Assembly: GCA_964445905.1 (NCBI GenBank)
Contig: CAYUNN010000003.1
Coordinates: 899-64,898, forward strand
From: an uncultured Candidatus Saccharibacteria bacterium
GTDB taxonomy: Bacteria; Patescibacteriota; Minisyncoccia; Minisyncoccales; JAGGXC01
DNA: 64,000 nucleotides
Reading direction: 5' to 3'
Shown: positions 32,038 through 44,585 of the stretch, piece after piece
How positions within the stretch are numbered: position 1 is the first letter of the stretch
Layout: every line of letters begins with the position of its first letter
Made by a program: the position numbers and the translations under genes
The notes under the pieces: model-generated
Seen by the model: the letters and a program-made list of their open reading frames with translations, nothing else
The model's database searches: none
What the model was told of the DNA's origin: nothing

Positions 32038-35000
32038 ATGGAGACAATTAAAACTAAGGATTTCTCAAAATCCAAGGAAAGGCTTCCTATTCCCTACTTG
32101 CTCGGCGTTCAAAAAAATAGCTGGGAATTGTTTATTAATGAAGAGCTAAAAGAGCTCTTCTCCGAAGTTTCTCCCATTAGAGATCATACTGGAAAGAAGC
32201 TAGAGCTTTGGTTTGAGGATTTTAGATTTGATAAATCTAAGTATAAAACAGATTTAGAAGCTAAAAGAAATAATGCTTCTTTTGAAGTGCCCTTAAAAAT
32301 AAGGGTAAAATTAGTTAATTTAAAAAGTAAAGAAACAAAAGAACAAGAAATTTTTTTGACCGATTTCCCCGTTTTAACCGAAAGGGGAACTTTTATTATT
32401 AATGGAGTTGAGAGAATAGTTATTTCTCAATTAATTCGTTCTTCCGGAGCGTTTTTTACCTCTGTAGTTAACTCAAAAGAAGAAGAGTTATTTGGAGCAA
32501 AAATTATTCCTAATCGAGGCAGTTGGCTTGAATTTAATACTAATTCTTCTGGGGAAATTTCTGTAAAAGTTGATAGAAAGAGAAAGCTTCCTGTCACTAC
32601 TCTTTTGAGAGCTTTTGGGATCGAAGATGACAAAGAAATTAAGGAGCTATTTAAAGATGTTGACAAAGGCGAAGTAAAATTTATTGAAAAAACCTTAGCT
32701 CAAGATTCCACAAAAAATCAAGCTGAGGCCATGGTAGAAACTTATATGCGTATTAGGCCGGGAGACATGGCTAGTCCTGATACGGCTAAAGAGCTCTTAG
32801 ATAATATGTTTTTTAATTTTGAGAGATACGATCTGTCTAAAGTCGGAAGGTGGAAAATGAGACGCAGGCTTAAAGAATTGTCAGAAAAGAAAAATGAAGA
32901 GATTACAAAAGAAGATCGTGTTTTAAAACCAGAGGATGTAGTAGCTGTTATAAGAGAGATTATCAGGCTTAATAATGACCCAAAAGCTGAGCCCGATCAA
33001 ATTGATCATTTGGGCAATAGAAGAGTGAGAACTTTGGGAGAATTTTTACAGAATAGATTGAGAGTGGGGTTAATGAGAATGGAAAGGATTATTAAAAATA
33101 AAATGTCTACTATAGACACAGGAACAGTTAAGCCTGTTCATTTGATTAATCCGCGTCCTTTTATGGGGGTTGTAAAGCAATTTTTTAATTCTTCTCAGTT
33201 TTCTCAATTTATGGATAACGAAAATCCTTTAGCAGAACTTGAGCACAAAAGAAGACTTTCTGCTACCGGGCCGGGTGGTTTAACAAGAGAAAGAGCTGGC
33301 TTTGAAGTAAGAGATGTTCAGCCTTCTCATTATGGCAGGGTTTGTCCTATTCAGACCCCAGAAGGACCCAATATTGGATTGGTAAATCATCTATCTACTT
33401 ATGCAAAAATTAATGATTTTGGTTTTATTGAAACTCCTTATTGCAAAGTGAAAAATGGCAGAGTGACATCAGAAATAGAATATTTACTAGCCTTTGAAGA
33501 AGAGAAATATAATATTGCCCATGGAGGTGTTTTATTAGACGAAAAAGGGAAAATTGTTGACGAAAAAGTTGAATCAAGAAACAGGGGAGAGCCAAAAGAA
33601 GTAAGCAGAGAAAAAATTGATTATATAGACGTTTCACCGGAACAATCAATTTCTGTGGCTACTTCTTTAATTCCTTTTCTTCAAAACGATGATGCAAACA
33701 GGGCTTTAATGGGATCTAACATGCAAAGACAATCAGTTCCCTTGATTAATCCTGAGATGCCTTTGGTTATGACAGGACTCGAACAGAAAGTAGCTGTAGA
33801 TTCAGGGCAATTAGTTCTTGCCGAAGACGCAGGGGTTGTGGAGGAGGTTGATGGAAAGAATATAAGAATCAAAACATCTAAAGGCAAGGTCATAAATTAT
33901 GACTTAAGAACTTTTATGAGGACTAATCAGTATACTTGTTTTCACCAAAGACCAAGAGTAGAAAAAGGTCAAAAAGTGAAAAAGGGAGATCTTTTGGCAG
34001 ACGGAGGATCGATAGACAGAGGACGACTTGCTTTGGGTCAAAATCTCTTGGTTGCCTTTATCCCTTTTAAGGGAGAAAGCTTTGAAGATGCTATAGTCAT
34101 TTCAGATAGATTGGTTAGAGAAGACTTATATACTTCTATTCATATTGAAAATTTTAGTTGTGACGTAAGAGAAACAAAATTAGGCCCAGAAATAACCACT
34201 TACGACATTCCCAATGTTGGAGAAGACAAACTTAAAGATCTGGACGAAGAAGGAGTTATAAGAGTAGGCGCCGAAGTTGGACCAAACGATATTTTAGTAG
34301 GAAAAATTTCACCGAAAGGAAAGGAAAGTCTTACGGCAGAAGAGAGATTGTTGGGAGCGATTTTTGGAGAAAAAGCAAAAGAAGTTAAAGATACTTCTTT
34401 GAGGATGGAGCACGGTAAAAGAGGAAGAGTAGTTAGGGTGAAAGTTTTCGAAAGAGAAGAATCAGACCTTGAACCCGGGGTTATTAAAAGAGTAGAAGTT
34501 GAAGTGGCTCAGCTGAGAAAAATTCAGACTGGTGATAAGTTAGCTGGTCGCCATGGGAATAAAGGAGTGGTTTCTAAAATTCTTCCAGCAGAAGAAATGC
34601 CTTTCTTAGGAGATGGAACTCCTGTAGATATTATTTTAAGTCCTTTAAGTGTTGTTTCTCGTATGAATATTGGTCAAATTTTGGAAACTCACTTAGGTCT
34701 TGCTGCTGATAAACTAGGATACCGAGCTATTACGCCAGCTTTAACGGGAGCTAATAAGGAAGATATAAAGAAAGAATTTAAAGAGGCGGGTTTGCCTGAA
34801 GACGGAAAGCTTACTTTGTATGACGGACAAACGGGGAAACCATATCCTCAAAAAATAACTGTAGGGATGGCTTATATGATGAAGTTAATACATATGGTAG
34901 AAGACAAGGTTCATATGAGAGCTATTGGTCCTTACTCTTTGATTACTCAACAGCCCCTTGGAGGAAAGGCTCAGTTTGGCGGACAAAGATTTGGTGAGAT

Positions 35001-35244
35001 GGAGGTCTGGGCATTAGAAGGACATGGGGCAGCTCATTCTCTTCAGGAAATGCTTACTATTAAATCAGATGATGTTCCTGGAAGAGCTGCTACATACGAA
35101 GCTATTTTAAAAGGAGAAGATATTTCTGCTCCTAATCTGCCTGCTTCGTTTAATCTTTTAGTTAACGAAATGAAATCTTTAGGATTATCTTTGATTATAA
35201 ATCCTAAGGGTGAAAAAAATAAAGTAATTTTTCTAAAATTATGA
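32038..35244 (+). CDS. rpoB: DNA-directed RNA polymerase subunit beta
   Basis: Canonical blocks: [56 protein letters not shown]. Confidence 0.99.
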   Translation: METIKTKDFSKSKERLPIPYLLGVQKNSWELFINEELKELFSEVSPIRDHTGKKLELWFEDFRFDKSKYKTDLEAKRNNASFEVPLKIRVKLVNLKSKETKEQEIFLTDFPVLTERGTFIINGVERIVISQLIRSSGAFFTSVVNSKEEELFGAKIIPNRGSWLEFNTNSSGEISVKVDRKRKLPVTTLLRAFGIEDDKEIKELFKDVDKGEVKFIEKTLAQDSTKNQAEAMVETYMRIRPGDMASPDTAKELLDNMFFNFERYDLSKVGRWKMRRRLKELSEKKNEEITKEDRVLKPEDVVAVIREIIRLNNDPKAEPDQIDHLGNRRVRTLGEFLQNRLRVGLMRMERIIKNKMSTIDTGTVKPVHLINPRPFMGVVKQFFNSSQFSQFMDNENPLAELEHKRRLSATGPGGLTRERAGFEVRDVQPSHYGRVCPIQTPEGPNIGLVNHLSTYAKINDFGFIETPYCKVKNGRVTSEIEYLLAFEEEKYNIAHGGVLLDEKGKIVDEKVESRNRGEPKEVSREKIDYIDVSPEQSISVATSLIPFLQNDDANRALMGSNMQRQSVPLINPEMPLVMTGLEQKVAVDSGQLVLAEDAGVVEEVDGKNIRIKTSKGKVINYDLRTFMRTNQYTCFHQRPRVEKGQKVKKGDLLADGGSIDRGRLALGQNLLVAFIPFKGESFEDAIVISDRLVREDLYTSIHIENFSCDVRETKLGPEITTYDIPNVGEDKLKDLDEEGVIRVGAEVGPNDILVGKISPKGKESLTAEERLLGAIFGEKAKEVKDTSLRMEHGKRGRVVRVKVFEREESDLEPGVIKRVEVEVAQLRKIQTGDKLAGRHGNKGVVSKILPAEEMPFLGDGTPVDIILSPLSVVSRMNIGQILETHLGLAADKLGYRAITPALTGANKEDIKKEFKEAGLPEDGKLTLYDGQTGKPYPQKITVGMAYMMKLIHMVEDKVHMRAIGPYSLITQQPLGGKAQFGGQRFGEMEVWALEGHGAAHSLQEMLTIKSDDVPGRAATYEAILKGEDISAPNLPASFNLLVNEMKSLGLSLIINPKGEKNKVIFLKL

Positions 35245-38200
35245 AGGTTACTGACTTAGAATCTGTAAAAATTAAATTAGCTTCTCCAGAAGAAATTTTA
35301 TCCTGGTCTTACGGAGAAGTTATCGAACCAGAAACTATTAATTATAGAACTCAGAAGGCTGAGAAAGACGGTTTGTTTTGCGAAAAGATTTTTGGACCAA
35401 GCAAAGATTATAGATGTTATTGTGGCAAGTATAAAGGAGTAAGATTTAAGGGCGTAGTGTGTGATCGTTGTGGAGTTGAGATAACTCGCTCTCAAGTTCG
35501 TCGAGAGAGAATGGGTCACATAAAATTAGCTGCTCCTTGCTCTCACATCTGGTTTTTAAAAGGTATTCCCTCTATCATGGGCCAGGTTTTAGACATCTCA
35601 ATGCAAAAATTAGAAAGAGTTGTTTATTTCTCTTCTTATATTATTACAAGTATCGACGAAGGGGCTAGAAAGAATATTATTGAAAACATTGATAAAGAGT
35701 ACGAATCAAAAGTAAGAGCAGGCAGAAAAGAGCACGAAGGAGAAAAAGATAAGAAAAAATTAAATAAAATTATTAAGGATCTAAACAGAGCAAAAGCTGA
35801 AGCTAAAAGAGAAGTTAATGCGCTTGAATGCTTAAAGGTAATATCAGAGATAGATTATCAAGAACTTTCTCTTAAATACGGAGAAGTTTTTGATGCCGAA
35901 ACAGGATCGGAAGCTTTAAAAAAAATATTCGAAAAATTTAATTTTAAAGAAGAAATCGACAAGCTTAAAAAGATTTTAGAAAGCGATAATAAGATTAATC
36001 TTAAGAAGCTTTTAAGAAGAAGAAATCTTTTGGAAAAAATGAGAGAGGAGGGCGTAAGGCCCGAATGGATGTTTTTTGAAGTAATTCCAGTTTTACCGCC
36101 AGGCCTTAGGCCCATGGTGCAATTAGACGGAGGAAGATTTGCAGCATCTGATTTAAACGATCTTTACAGGAGAGTTATAAACAGAAACAATCGTTTAAAA
36201 TATCTATTAGATATTTCTGCTCCGGAAGTCATTGTGAGAAATGAAAAAAGAATGCTTCAAGAAGCAGTAGATGCTTTGGTTGATAATGGCATGAGAAAGA
36301 CTCAAACAACTAGAGCGAGCACTGGTGGAAAAAGAGAGCTAAAGTCACTAGCTGACATGCTTAAAGGAAAACAAGGAAGATTTAGAAGGAATCTTTTAGG
36401 AAAAAGAGTTGATTACTCAGGAAGATCAGTTATTGTCGTTGGTCCTGACCTTGATTTATCTCAGGTAGGACTTCCCAAGAGGATGGCTCTGGAGTTGTTT
36501 AAACCTTTTGTTATTAATAAAATATTAGACCAAGAACTCGCCTATAATGTTAGAGGAGCTTCTAGATTAATAGAAGATGAAGGTCCTGAAATTTGGGCTA
36601 TTTTAGAAGATGTTGTTAAGGAAAAACTTGTATTGCTTAATCGAGCTCCTACATTGCATAAGCTTGGGATCCAGGCTTTTAAGCCCATATTAATTGAAGG
36701 AGAAGCGATTAGATTGCATCCGATGGTGTGCCAAGCTTTTAATGCCGACTTTGATGGTGATCAAATGGCAGTTTTTGTTCCTTTATTAAAAGAAGCTCAA
36801 AAAGAAGCCAGAGAAAGAATGCTTTCTTCTGTTAATTTATTAAAACCTGCTACTGGCACTCCTGTAATTTCTCTAAGCAAGGATATAGCATTGGGATGTT
36901 ATTGGCTAACAGGAATAAAAGAAGGAGCAAAGGGCGAAGGAAAAGTTTTTTCCTGTGAAGACGAAGCGATAATGGCTTATGAATTGGAATATATTGACCT
37001 TCGGGCAAAAGTTAAAGTTAGAATAGGAGATGAAAATATTGAAACTACCACCGGAAGAATTATTTTTAACGAGGCATTGCCGAAGGACTGTCCTTTTAAA
37101 AACGAACAAATAAAAGTTAAAAATCTTAAAAAAATTGTTGGAGAAATAATTGAGAAGAATAAGGGAGAAAATGGTTACAACCCGATAGTTGAGAAAACTC
37201 TTGATAGAATTAAAGAGACGGGTTTTAAATTTTCAACCGAATCAGGTATTACTTGGGGCATGGATGATTTAATAGTGCCTGAAGCTAAAAAAGGGATAAT
37301 CAAGAAGTCAGAAGAAAAAGTAGAAAAAATAAAAGAAAATTACAAGAAAGGACTTTTATCTCGCAAAGAAAGAGACAGCGAAATGGTTGAAGTCTGGCAT
37401 AAAGCTAAAAGTGAGATTATAGACGAACTTTCAAAAACTCTTCCTAAAGACGGCCCAGTTTTTACTTTGGTAGATTCCGGAGCTCGTGGTTCCTGGACTC
37501 AACCGGTGCAAATGGCAGGAATGAAAGGGCTGGTAACTAATCCGACAGGAGAAGTAATGACTCTCCCTGTTAAAAGTTCTTATACTGAAGGTTTTAATGT
37601 TTTAGAGTATTTTATTTCTACCCATGGAGCAAGGAAAGGAACTGCTGATACTGCCTTGAGAACAGCAAAGGCAGGTTATTTAACCAGAAGGTTGGTTGAT
37701 GTTTCTCATGACTTATTAATAATCAAAGAAGATTGTGGAGACGAAGAAGGAATTGTAGTTAGTAAAGATGATTCTAAAGAAATTGATCAAGATTTTACTT
37801 TTAAAATATTTGGCAGGATAAGCCTAGAGAACGTAAGTATTGAAGGGAAAATTATTATGAAGAAAGGAGAAATTATTGATTTTGAGAAGGCAGACAAAAT
37901 TGTTAAAAGTGATGAGATTAAAGAATTAAAAGTTCGTTCTCCCTTGAGCTGTAAATCTCGTAAGGGTATTTGTCAAAAATGTTACGGTTGGGATTTAGGA
38001 AGAAATCAGTTGGTTAAATTTGGAGAAGCGGTTGGAATTGTTGCTGCTCAAGCGATTGGAGAGCCAGGTACTCAATTGACATTAAGAACTTTCCATACCG
38101 GAGGTGTGGCAGAAGCAGGAAGAGGAGATATCACTCATGGACTTCCTAGAGTTGAAGAAATTTTTGAAGCAAGAGTTCCTGGGGGTCAAGCTGAAATGAG

Positions 38201-38849
38201 TAAAGTAGACGGGACGGTTGTTAAAATAGATGAAAAGGAAAAAATAGTAATGATTATGCCTAGTTTTAAAAAAGGAGAAGGTAAAAAGAAAGAGATTGAG
38301 CATAAGCTGCCTATCGGCGCGACAGTTTGGGTTAAAAAAGGACAAAAAATTAAAAAAGGTACTCAGCTTTGCGAAGGTAGTCTTAATTTGAAAAAATTAT
38401 ATAAATTAGCTGGTAAAACAGATACCTTCCGTTACATTATTAATCAAGTCCAAAAAATATATTCTTCCCAGGGAGTAGATATTCATGACAAGCATATTGA
38501 AATGATTACTAGGCAAATGTTTTCCAGGGTTAGAGTCAAAGAACCCGGTGACTCTTATTTTATACCCGGTGAAATGGTAGAGAGATCTGAGTTTGAAGAG
38601 GAAAATAATAAACTTGGAAAAGCGAAAAAGAAAATTGCTACAGCCCAAGATCTTATTTCTGGCATTTCAAAAGTAGCCTTAACTACAAAAAGCTTCTTAT
38701 CAGCTGCTTCATTCCAAGAAACATCCAAAGTGTTGATTAATGCGGCCATTGAAGGAAAAGAAGACAAGCTCTGGGGATTGAAAGAAAACGTAATTATTGG
38801 TAAACTAATACCTGCAGGGACAGGGTTTAAGCAAAAAGATCAGGGTTAG
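35241..38849 (+). CDS. rpoC: DNA-directed RNA polymerase subunit beta'
   Basis: Zn motif [20 protein letters not shown], catalytic [11 protein letters not shown], trigger-loop region. ATGA overlap with rpoB. Confidence 0.99.
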   Translation: MKVTDLESVKIKLASPEEILSWSYGEVIEPETINYRTQKAEKDGLFCEKIFGPSKDYRCYCGKYKGVRFKGVVCDRCGVEITRSQVRRERMGHIKLAAPCSHIWFLKGIPSIMGQVLDISMQKLERVVYFSSYIITSIDEGARKNIIENIDKEYESKVRAGRKEHEGEKDKKKLNKIIKDLNRAKAEAKREVNALECLKVISEIDYQELSLKYGEVFDAETGSEALKKIFEKFNFKEEIDKLKKILESDNKINLKKLLRRRNLLEKMREEGVRPEWMFFEVIPVLPPGLRPMVQLDGGRFAASDLNDLYRRVINRNNRLKYLLDISAPEVIVRNEKRMLQEAVDALVDNGMRKTQTTRASTGGKRELKSLADMLKGKQGRFRRNLLGKRVDYSGRSVIVVGPDLDLSQVGLPKRMALELFKPFVINKILDQELAYNVRGASRLIEDEGPEIWAILEDVVKEKLVLLNRAPTLHKLGIQAFKPILIEGEAIRLHPMVCQAFNADFDGDQMAVFVPLLKEAQKEARERMLSSVNLLKPATGTPVISLSKDIALGCYWLTGIKEGAKGEGKVFSCEDEAIMAYELEYIDLRAKVKVRIGDENIETTTGRIIFNEALPKDCPFKNEQIKVKNLKKIVGEIIEKNKGENGYNPIVEKTLDRIKETGFKFSTESGITWGMDDLIVPEAKKGIIKKSEEKVEKIKENYKKGLLSRKERDSEMVEVWHKAKSEIIDELSKTLPKDGPVFTLVDSGARGSWTQPVQMAGMKGLVTNPTGEVMTLPVKSSYTEGFNVLEYFISTHGARKGTADTALRTAKAGYLTRRLVDVSHDLLIIKEDCGDEEGIVVSKDDSKEIDQDFTFKIFGRISLENVSIEGKIIMKKGEIIDFEKADKIVKSDEIKELKVRSPLSCKSRKGICQKCYGWDLGRNQLVKFGEAVGIVAAQAIGEPGTQLTLRTFHTGGVAEAGRGDITHGLPRVEEIFEARVPGGQAEMSKVDGTVVKIDEKEKIVMIMPSFKKGEGKKKEIEHKLPIGATVWVKKGQKIKKGTQLCEGSLNLKKLYKLAGKTDTFRYIINQVQKIYSSQGVDIHDKHIEMITRQMFSRVRVKEPGDSYFIPGEMVERSEFEEENNKLGKAKKKIATAQDLISGISKVALTTKSFLSAASFQETSKVLINAAIEGKEDKLWGLKENVIIGKLIPAGTGFKQKDQG

Positions 38850-38932
38850 TATTAGAAAGAAAAATAACTATCTTTGTTTGATTTGATCAGATTAGATCGT
38901 CTGTCTCTTTTAATATTCTTTTTACCATTTCT

Positions 38933-41158
38933 ATGGGAAGAAAAAAAAAGAAAAAAAGAAAGATAAAGAGTAAAAAGATAAAATCTTCTCAAAAACGTTC
39001 TAAAAAAAGACGTTTAGGAGAAAGAAAATCTGATTTTATTTTGCCTTCTCAAGTAAAGCAAAAAATCATTAGTTTAATAATGATTTTATCAGCTGTTATC
39101 ATTGGATTAAGTTTTTTTAGCAAAGCAGGAATAGCCGGAGAAAAATTTATGGAATTTTCTATTTATTTTTTCGGCAAAACTGTTTTTACTTTCCCTCTCT
39201 TCTTGGTTATGGGAGGATTAGTATTTTGGGAAGAATTGACTATTTTTAAGAAAAATGGATGGCTAGCAGTGTTGGCCATCTTTGTTTTTATTTTAAGTTT
39301 ATCAGGGATTTTAGGTATTTTTGGTGAGGATCTTGGCGGATTATTAGGATATTGGACAAGTAGGCCCGTTTCAAAATTTTTTGGCGATCTAGTGGCCTTA
39401 ATTATATTTATTGGTCTTAGTGGTATTGCGTCCATAGTTATTTTTTATCCTCTTTATAAAAAAATAAAAGAAGAGGAAAGAAAAAAACCCAAGAAAGAGA
39501 AGCTAGAAAGAGAACAGCCAGAAAAAGAGAGCAGGCTTTCTTTTATAAAAGAAGAAGTGTTGCCCAAGTTTAAGATAAGAAGTATTTCTTCTAGAAACGG
39601 GTTTTCTGAGAATAGAAATAAATTAGACCAGAAAAAAAATATTCAAGAGCAGAAAGAATTAACAAAAGAAAAAACAGAAGATTATACTTTTTCTCCTGAC
39701 AATAAAAAATACAATAAGCCACCTTTAGACTTGCTAGGAGGAAGCAAAGAAGAGCCTCAGATAGGAAATATAAAAGAGAATCAAGAGATAATTAAAAAAA
39801 CCTTAAGTGATTTTAATGTTCCCGTAGAAATGGGAAGTGTAAACATAGGACCTACTGTTACTCAATATTCTTTAAAGCCATACGAGGGAATAAAATTGTC
39901 TAAGATAACATCTTTGTCAGATGACCTGGCATTATCTCTTGCTGCCCATCCCATTAGAATTGAAGCTCCTATTCCGGGGAAGTCATTGGTGGGCATAGAA
40001 GTTCCTAATTCTGTCAGGGCGAAAGTAAGACTGAAAGATCTTTTGGGATCTTCTGAATTTCAAGAATCAAATCTTCCTCTTAACTTTGCGCTAGGAGAAG
40101 ATGTTGCTGGAGAATCAGTTTATGCTGACCTTGCTCGAATGCCTCATCTTTTGGTGGCAGGGAGTACGGGTTCTGGAAAGACAGTTTTTTTAAACGATTT
40201 AATACTTAGCTTGCTCTACAAAAATTCTCCAGAATTTTTAAAACTAATTTTAATTGATCCTAAAAGAGTAGAATTTCCTGTTTATAATAAACTCCCTCAT
40301 TTGTTAGGCCCTGTTATTTGTAATAATTCAAAAGCAGTTAATGCTCTTAGCTGGTTAGTTGAAGAAATGGAAAGAAGGTTCGATATTCTATCTGGTTTTA
40401 AGACAAAAAATTTAGATTTATATAATAGTAAAGCTTTAAGCCAGGGGAAGAAGCCCCTTCCTTACATTGTTTTAATTATTGATGAATTGGCAGACTTAAT
40501 GGCTGCTGAAGGCAGAGAAGTTGAATCGTTGATTGTAAGATTAGCTCAAATGGCTAGAGCGGTTGGTATTCATTTAGTTGTTGCCACTCAACGTCCATCA
40601 GTAGAAGTCATTACAGGACTAATTAAGGCAAATATTACTTCTCGAGTTGCTTTTCAGGTTGCTTCTCAAGTTGATTCAAGAACGGTTTTTGATACTTCTG
40701 GAGCAGAGAAATTATTGGGAAGAGGAGACTTGCTTTTTATATCTTCTCAGGTTTCTAAGCCCAAAAGGGTACAAGCTGCTCTTGTTTCTGAAAATGAAGT
40801 AAAGAAAATAGTTAGCTTCATAGTAGATAATAACGAAATAACAGAAGACAGTGGTTTGGAAGAAAGTTTTGAAGTGAAGTTAAAAGAAGAGGATCGTGAA
40901 GAGTTTGATGTTTTTTCTAGAGGAGAAGATGCCCTTTATAATACAGCTGAAAAAGTAGTTCTTGATTCTGGAAAAGCTTCTGCTTCTTTTTTACAAAGAA
41001 GATTGCAAGTTGGTTATGCTAGGGCTGCAAGGTTAATAGATATGCTAGAGGAAAGGGGCGTTGTGAGTCCCGCTCAAGGAGCAAAACCAAGAGAAGTTTA
41101 TAGAGACAAGCTTATCGAAGACGAGAATAAATTTGAAGATAATAATTATCAGGATTAA
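38933..41158 (+). CDS. ftsK: DNA translocase FtsK/SpoIIIE
   Basis: N-terminal TM domain, Walker A GSTGSGKTVFLN, IDELADLM, ATQRPSV, gamma domain FLQRRLQVGYARAARLIDMLEERGVV. Unusual 32-aa Lys/Arg-rich N-terminus. Confidence 0.95.
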   Translation: MGRKKKKKRKIKSKKIKSSQKRSKKRRLGERKSDFILPSQVKQKIISLIMILSAVIIGLSFFSKAGIAGEKFMEFSIYFFGKTVFTFPLFLVMGGLVFWEELTIFKKNGWLAVLAIFVFILSLSGILGIFGEDLGGLLGYWTSRPVSKFFGDLVALIIFIGLSGIASIVIFYPLYKKIKEEERKKPKKEKLEREQPEKESRLSFIKEEVLPKFKIRSISSRNGFSENRNKLDQKKNIQEQKELTKEKTEDYTFSPDNKKYNKPPLDLLGGSKEEPQIGNIKENQEIIKKTLSDFNVPVEMGSVNIGPTVTQYSLKPYEGIKLSKITSLSDDLALSLAAHPIRIEAPIPGKSLVGIEVPNSVRAKVRLKDLLGSSEFQESNLPLNFALGEDVAGESVYADLARMPHLLVAGSTGSGKTVFLNDLILSLLYKNSPEFLKLILIDPKRVEFPVYNKLPHLLGPVICNNSKAVNALSWLVEEMERRFDILSGFKTKNLDLYNSKALSQGKKPLPYIVLIIDELADLMAAEGREVESLIVRLAQMARAVGIHLVVATQRPSVEVITGLIKANITSRVAFQVASQVDSRTVFDTSGAEKLLGRGDLLFISSQVSKPKRVQAALVSENEVKKIVSFIVDNNEITEDSGLEESFEVKLKEEDREEFDVFSRGEDALYNTAEKVVLDSGKASASFLQRRLQVGYARAARLIDMLEERGVVSPAQGAKPREVYRDKLIEDENKFEDNNYQD

Positions 41159-41235
41159 TTTATTTCTTTTTATTTCTCTTTATTAATGATAGAATAAGTT
41201 ATCAGATAAACATTTTTTAAAATAATTAAAGATTA

Positions 41236-42237
41236 ATGGTAAAACAAAAAAACAAAGAAGAAGATAATAAAAAAGATCTTCAAGAAACAGTTGATGAGAT
41301 AAAGCAAAGGTTTGGCGATGGTTCGATCATGAAGCTTAGAGAAATAAAAGCGGTAGATGTTGATGCAATTCCAACAGGTGCTCTGTCTTTAGATCTAGCT
41401 TTGGGGGTAGGAGGCATACCAAGAGGAAGGGTTATTGAAATTTTTGGTCCCGAAGCAGGAGGAAAAACTACCTTAGCTTTACATATTTTGGCAGAAGCCC
41501 AGAAAAAAGGAGGCCAGGTTGCTTTTATTGATGCTGAACATGCTCTTGATCCGGACTATGCGAAAAGAATCGGGGTTAACGTAGAAGATCTATTGATTTC
41601 TCAGCCTGATTCTGGTGAACAAGCCTTGCAAATATTAGAAAGTTTAGTTAGATCGGGAGCAATCGATGCAGTAGTTATCGATTCTGTTGCCGCTTTAACG
41701 CCTAAGGCAGAAATAGCAGGAGAAATGGGCGATTTTCAAATTGGCTTACAAGCTCGTTTGATGAGTCAAGCTTTAAGAAAATTATCTGGGATTGTTTCAA
41801 AAACCAGTACTTCGGTAATATTTTTAAACCAAACCAGAATGAAAATAGGTCAAATTTTTGGTAATCCAGAGACCACTCCTGGAGGATTAGCTTTAAAGTT
41901 TTATGCTTCTGTAAGAATCAATCTTAGGCGGGTGGCTCAGATAAAAAGAAAAGATGAAATTGTTGGAGGTAGGCATAAGGCGAAGATAGTTAAAAATAAA
42001 GTGGCCGCTCCTTTTAAAATAACTGAATTTGATATCTACTATAACGAGGGTATTTCTAAAATTTCTGACATGATCAATTTGGGAGTAGAAAAAGACATTA
42101 TAAAGAAATCTGGCAGTTGGTATAATTACGAAGATAATAAACTTGGTCAGGGGACGGAAGCGTCAATAGACTTTTTAAAAGAAAATCCTAAAATTCTTAA
42201 AGAAATAAAGAAAAAGATAATAGAAGCTTCAATTTAA
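41236..42237 (+). CDS. recA: Recombinase RecA
   Basis: [12 protein letters not shown] Walker [20 protein letters not shown]2 region [10 protein letters not shown]. Confidence 0.99.
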   Translation: MVKQKNKEEDNKKDLQETVDEIKQRFGDGSIMKLREIKAVDVDAIPTGALSLDLALGVGGIPRGRVIEIFGPEAGGKTTLALHILAEAQKKGGQVAFIDAEHALDPDYAKRIGVNVEDLLISQPDSGEQALQILESLVRSGAIDAVVIDSVAALTPKAEIAGEMGDFQIGLQARLMSQALRKLSGIVSKTSTSVIFLNQTRMKIGQIFGNPETTPGGLALKFYASVRINLRRVAQIKRKDEIVGGRHKAKIVKNKVAAPFKITEFDIYYNEGISKISDMINLGVEKDIIKKSGSWYNYEDNKLGQGTEASIDFLKENPKILKEIKKKIIEASI

Positions 42238-42269
42238 TTTTATTAGTTTTATTCTTTTATCAAACAAGA

Positions 42270-42297
42270 AAAACTGCTCTTTTAAGGCAGTTTTTTA
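42270..42297. terminator. Bidirectional terminator-like hairpin between recA and rpsR
   Basis: AAAACTGC (42270-77) pairs with GCAGTTTT (42287-94). Flanked by A- and T-runs. Confidence 0.5.
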
Positions 42298-42318
42298 TTT
42301 ATTGATTTCAAAGAATTT

Positions 42319-42522
42319 TTATTTAGGCAAATAAGATAATAAGCCTAAAAATCTTGCTCTTTTTATTGCTTGAGCTAATTGCCTTTGATGCTTAGAACAA
42401 AGACCAGTTTTTTTCTTAGATTTTATTTTAGCTGAAGTCGCAACAAATTTATTGAGAAGTTCCGTGTTTTTGAAGTCAATTTCTTTTAAGTTTCGTTGGC
42501 AAAAACGACAAGCAGTTTTCAT
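42319..42522 (-). CDS. rpsR: 30S ribosomal protein S18
   Basis: CRFCQ..IDFKN..LNKFV...KKTGLCSKHQRQLAQAIKRARFLGLL. Confidence 0.95.
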   Translation of the reverse strand: MKTACRFCQRNLKEIDFKNTELLNKFVATSAKIKSKKKTGLCSKHQRQLAQAIKRARFLGLLSYLPK

Positions 42523-42547
42523 ATTTTTTATCTTTTAAATGATTTTT

Positions 42548-43481
<934 letters not shown>

Positions 43482-43486
43482 TTTTT

Positions 43487-44515
43487 TTATATCTTAAATT
43501 CTATTACATCACCGTCTTTAACGATATAATCCTTGCCAACGGTTTTTATCTCACCCTTTTCTTTGGTTTTCGCCCAGGAATTATTTTTTGCTAAATTTTT
43601 CCACTGAACGACCTCTGATTTTATAAATTTATCTTTAAAATCAGAATGAACTTTTTCTGCGGCTTCCGTGATTTTAGATTCTTTTTTAATGGGCCAAGCC
43701 CTAATTTCTTCTCCTCCCTTAATTGTATAGAACGTTATCAATCCTAGAACATTATAGCAGGTTTGGATTAGATAATCAAGGCAAAACTCTATGCCCATTT
43801 CTTTAATTTCTGATTCAGATAGTTCAGATAGTTCTTTCTGCATTTGAATGTCAATCTTTGCAGGGACAATGTTAATATCATTTTCTTCGCTTGTATTGAT
43901 TACATGAATGATTGGTTTTTGAGTCAGAAATTGATATTCTTTAATTAATTCTTTTTCTTCTTCCTTGATTTCTAATTCGGATATCTTCTTTTCTTGAGAA
44001 AGATGTTTCTCAATTTTTCTCAGAATTTCTAGTTTTTTTATTACTTCTTTATTTCCTGTTTTTGCTTGTCTTTCTATTTTTTCAAGAGCACTTTCTATTG
44101 TTTCTATGTCTTTAAGTATTAGTTCGGTTTTTATAATTTCTATATCTCTTTTTGGGTCTAAGTTTTTTTCTACATGCTCCACATTGTCTGCTTTGAAACC
44201 TCTTATTATTTCTAATATAATTTGACACTCTCTTATTTGAGCTAAAAACTGGTTTCCTAGTCCTTCTCCCTGATGAGCTTTTTTAACTAGACCGGCAATG
44301 TCTACAAACTCAATAGAAGCAGGGGTTATCTTCTTAGGGCTTACTATCTTTGCTATTTCGTTCAATCTTTTGTCGGGAACAAAAACCTTTCCTATGTTTG
44401 GAGAGATAGTAGTGAAGGGGTAAGGAGCGATTTCTACCTGATTATTTGTTAAAGCCTTAAATAAAGTTGATTTGCCTGCGTTGGGCAGGCCTACTATTCC
44501 TACTGAAAGCGACAT
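43487..44515 (-). CDS. ychF: Ribosome-binding ATPase YchF (Obg-like GTPase family)
   Basis: GIVGLPNAGKSTLFKALT, DIAGLVKKAHQGEGLGNQFL, C-terminal TGS-like domain. Confidence 0.93.
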   Translation of the reverse strand: MSLSVGIVGLPNAGKSTLFKALTNNQVEIAPYPFTTISPNIGKVFVPDKRLNEIAKIVSPKKITPASIEFVDIAGLVKKAHQGEGLGNQFLAQIRECQIILEIIRGFKADNVEHVEKNLDPKRDIEIIKTELILKDIETIESALEKIERQAKTGNKEVIKKLEILRKIEKHLSQEKKISELEIKEEEKELIKEYQFLTQKPIIHVINTSEENDINIVPAKIDIQMQKELSELSESEIKEMGIEFCLDYLIQTCYNVLGLITFYTIKGGEEIRAWPIKKESKITEAAEKVHSDFKDKFIKSEVVQWKNLAKNNSWAKTKEKGEIKTVGKDYIVKDGDVIEFKI

Positions 44516-44576
44516 AATATTTTATACTATATTAACTAATTTAATGAGTCAATGCTTTTATAGTTATTTTTGAATG

Positions 44577-44585
44577 TGATATAAT
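44577..44585 (+). promoter_or_regulatory. Extended -10 (TGATATAAT) overlapping the annotated ATG 44584; 7 nt upstream of the in-frame ATG 44593
   Basis: TG at 44577-78 and TATAAT at 44580-85. This suggests the real start is ATG 44593 on a leaderless mRNA. Confidence 0.4.

Noticed and set aside
35241-35244. The possibility of an alternative genetic code (UGA recoded), as in some CPR lineages.
   Set aside because: TGA is used as a genuine stop, for example at the rpoB ATGA overlap, mscS and 19205-19921. Conserved proteins have normal lengths with no in-frame TGA needed.
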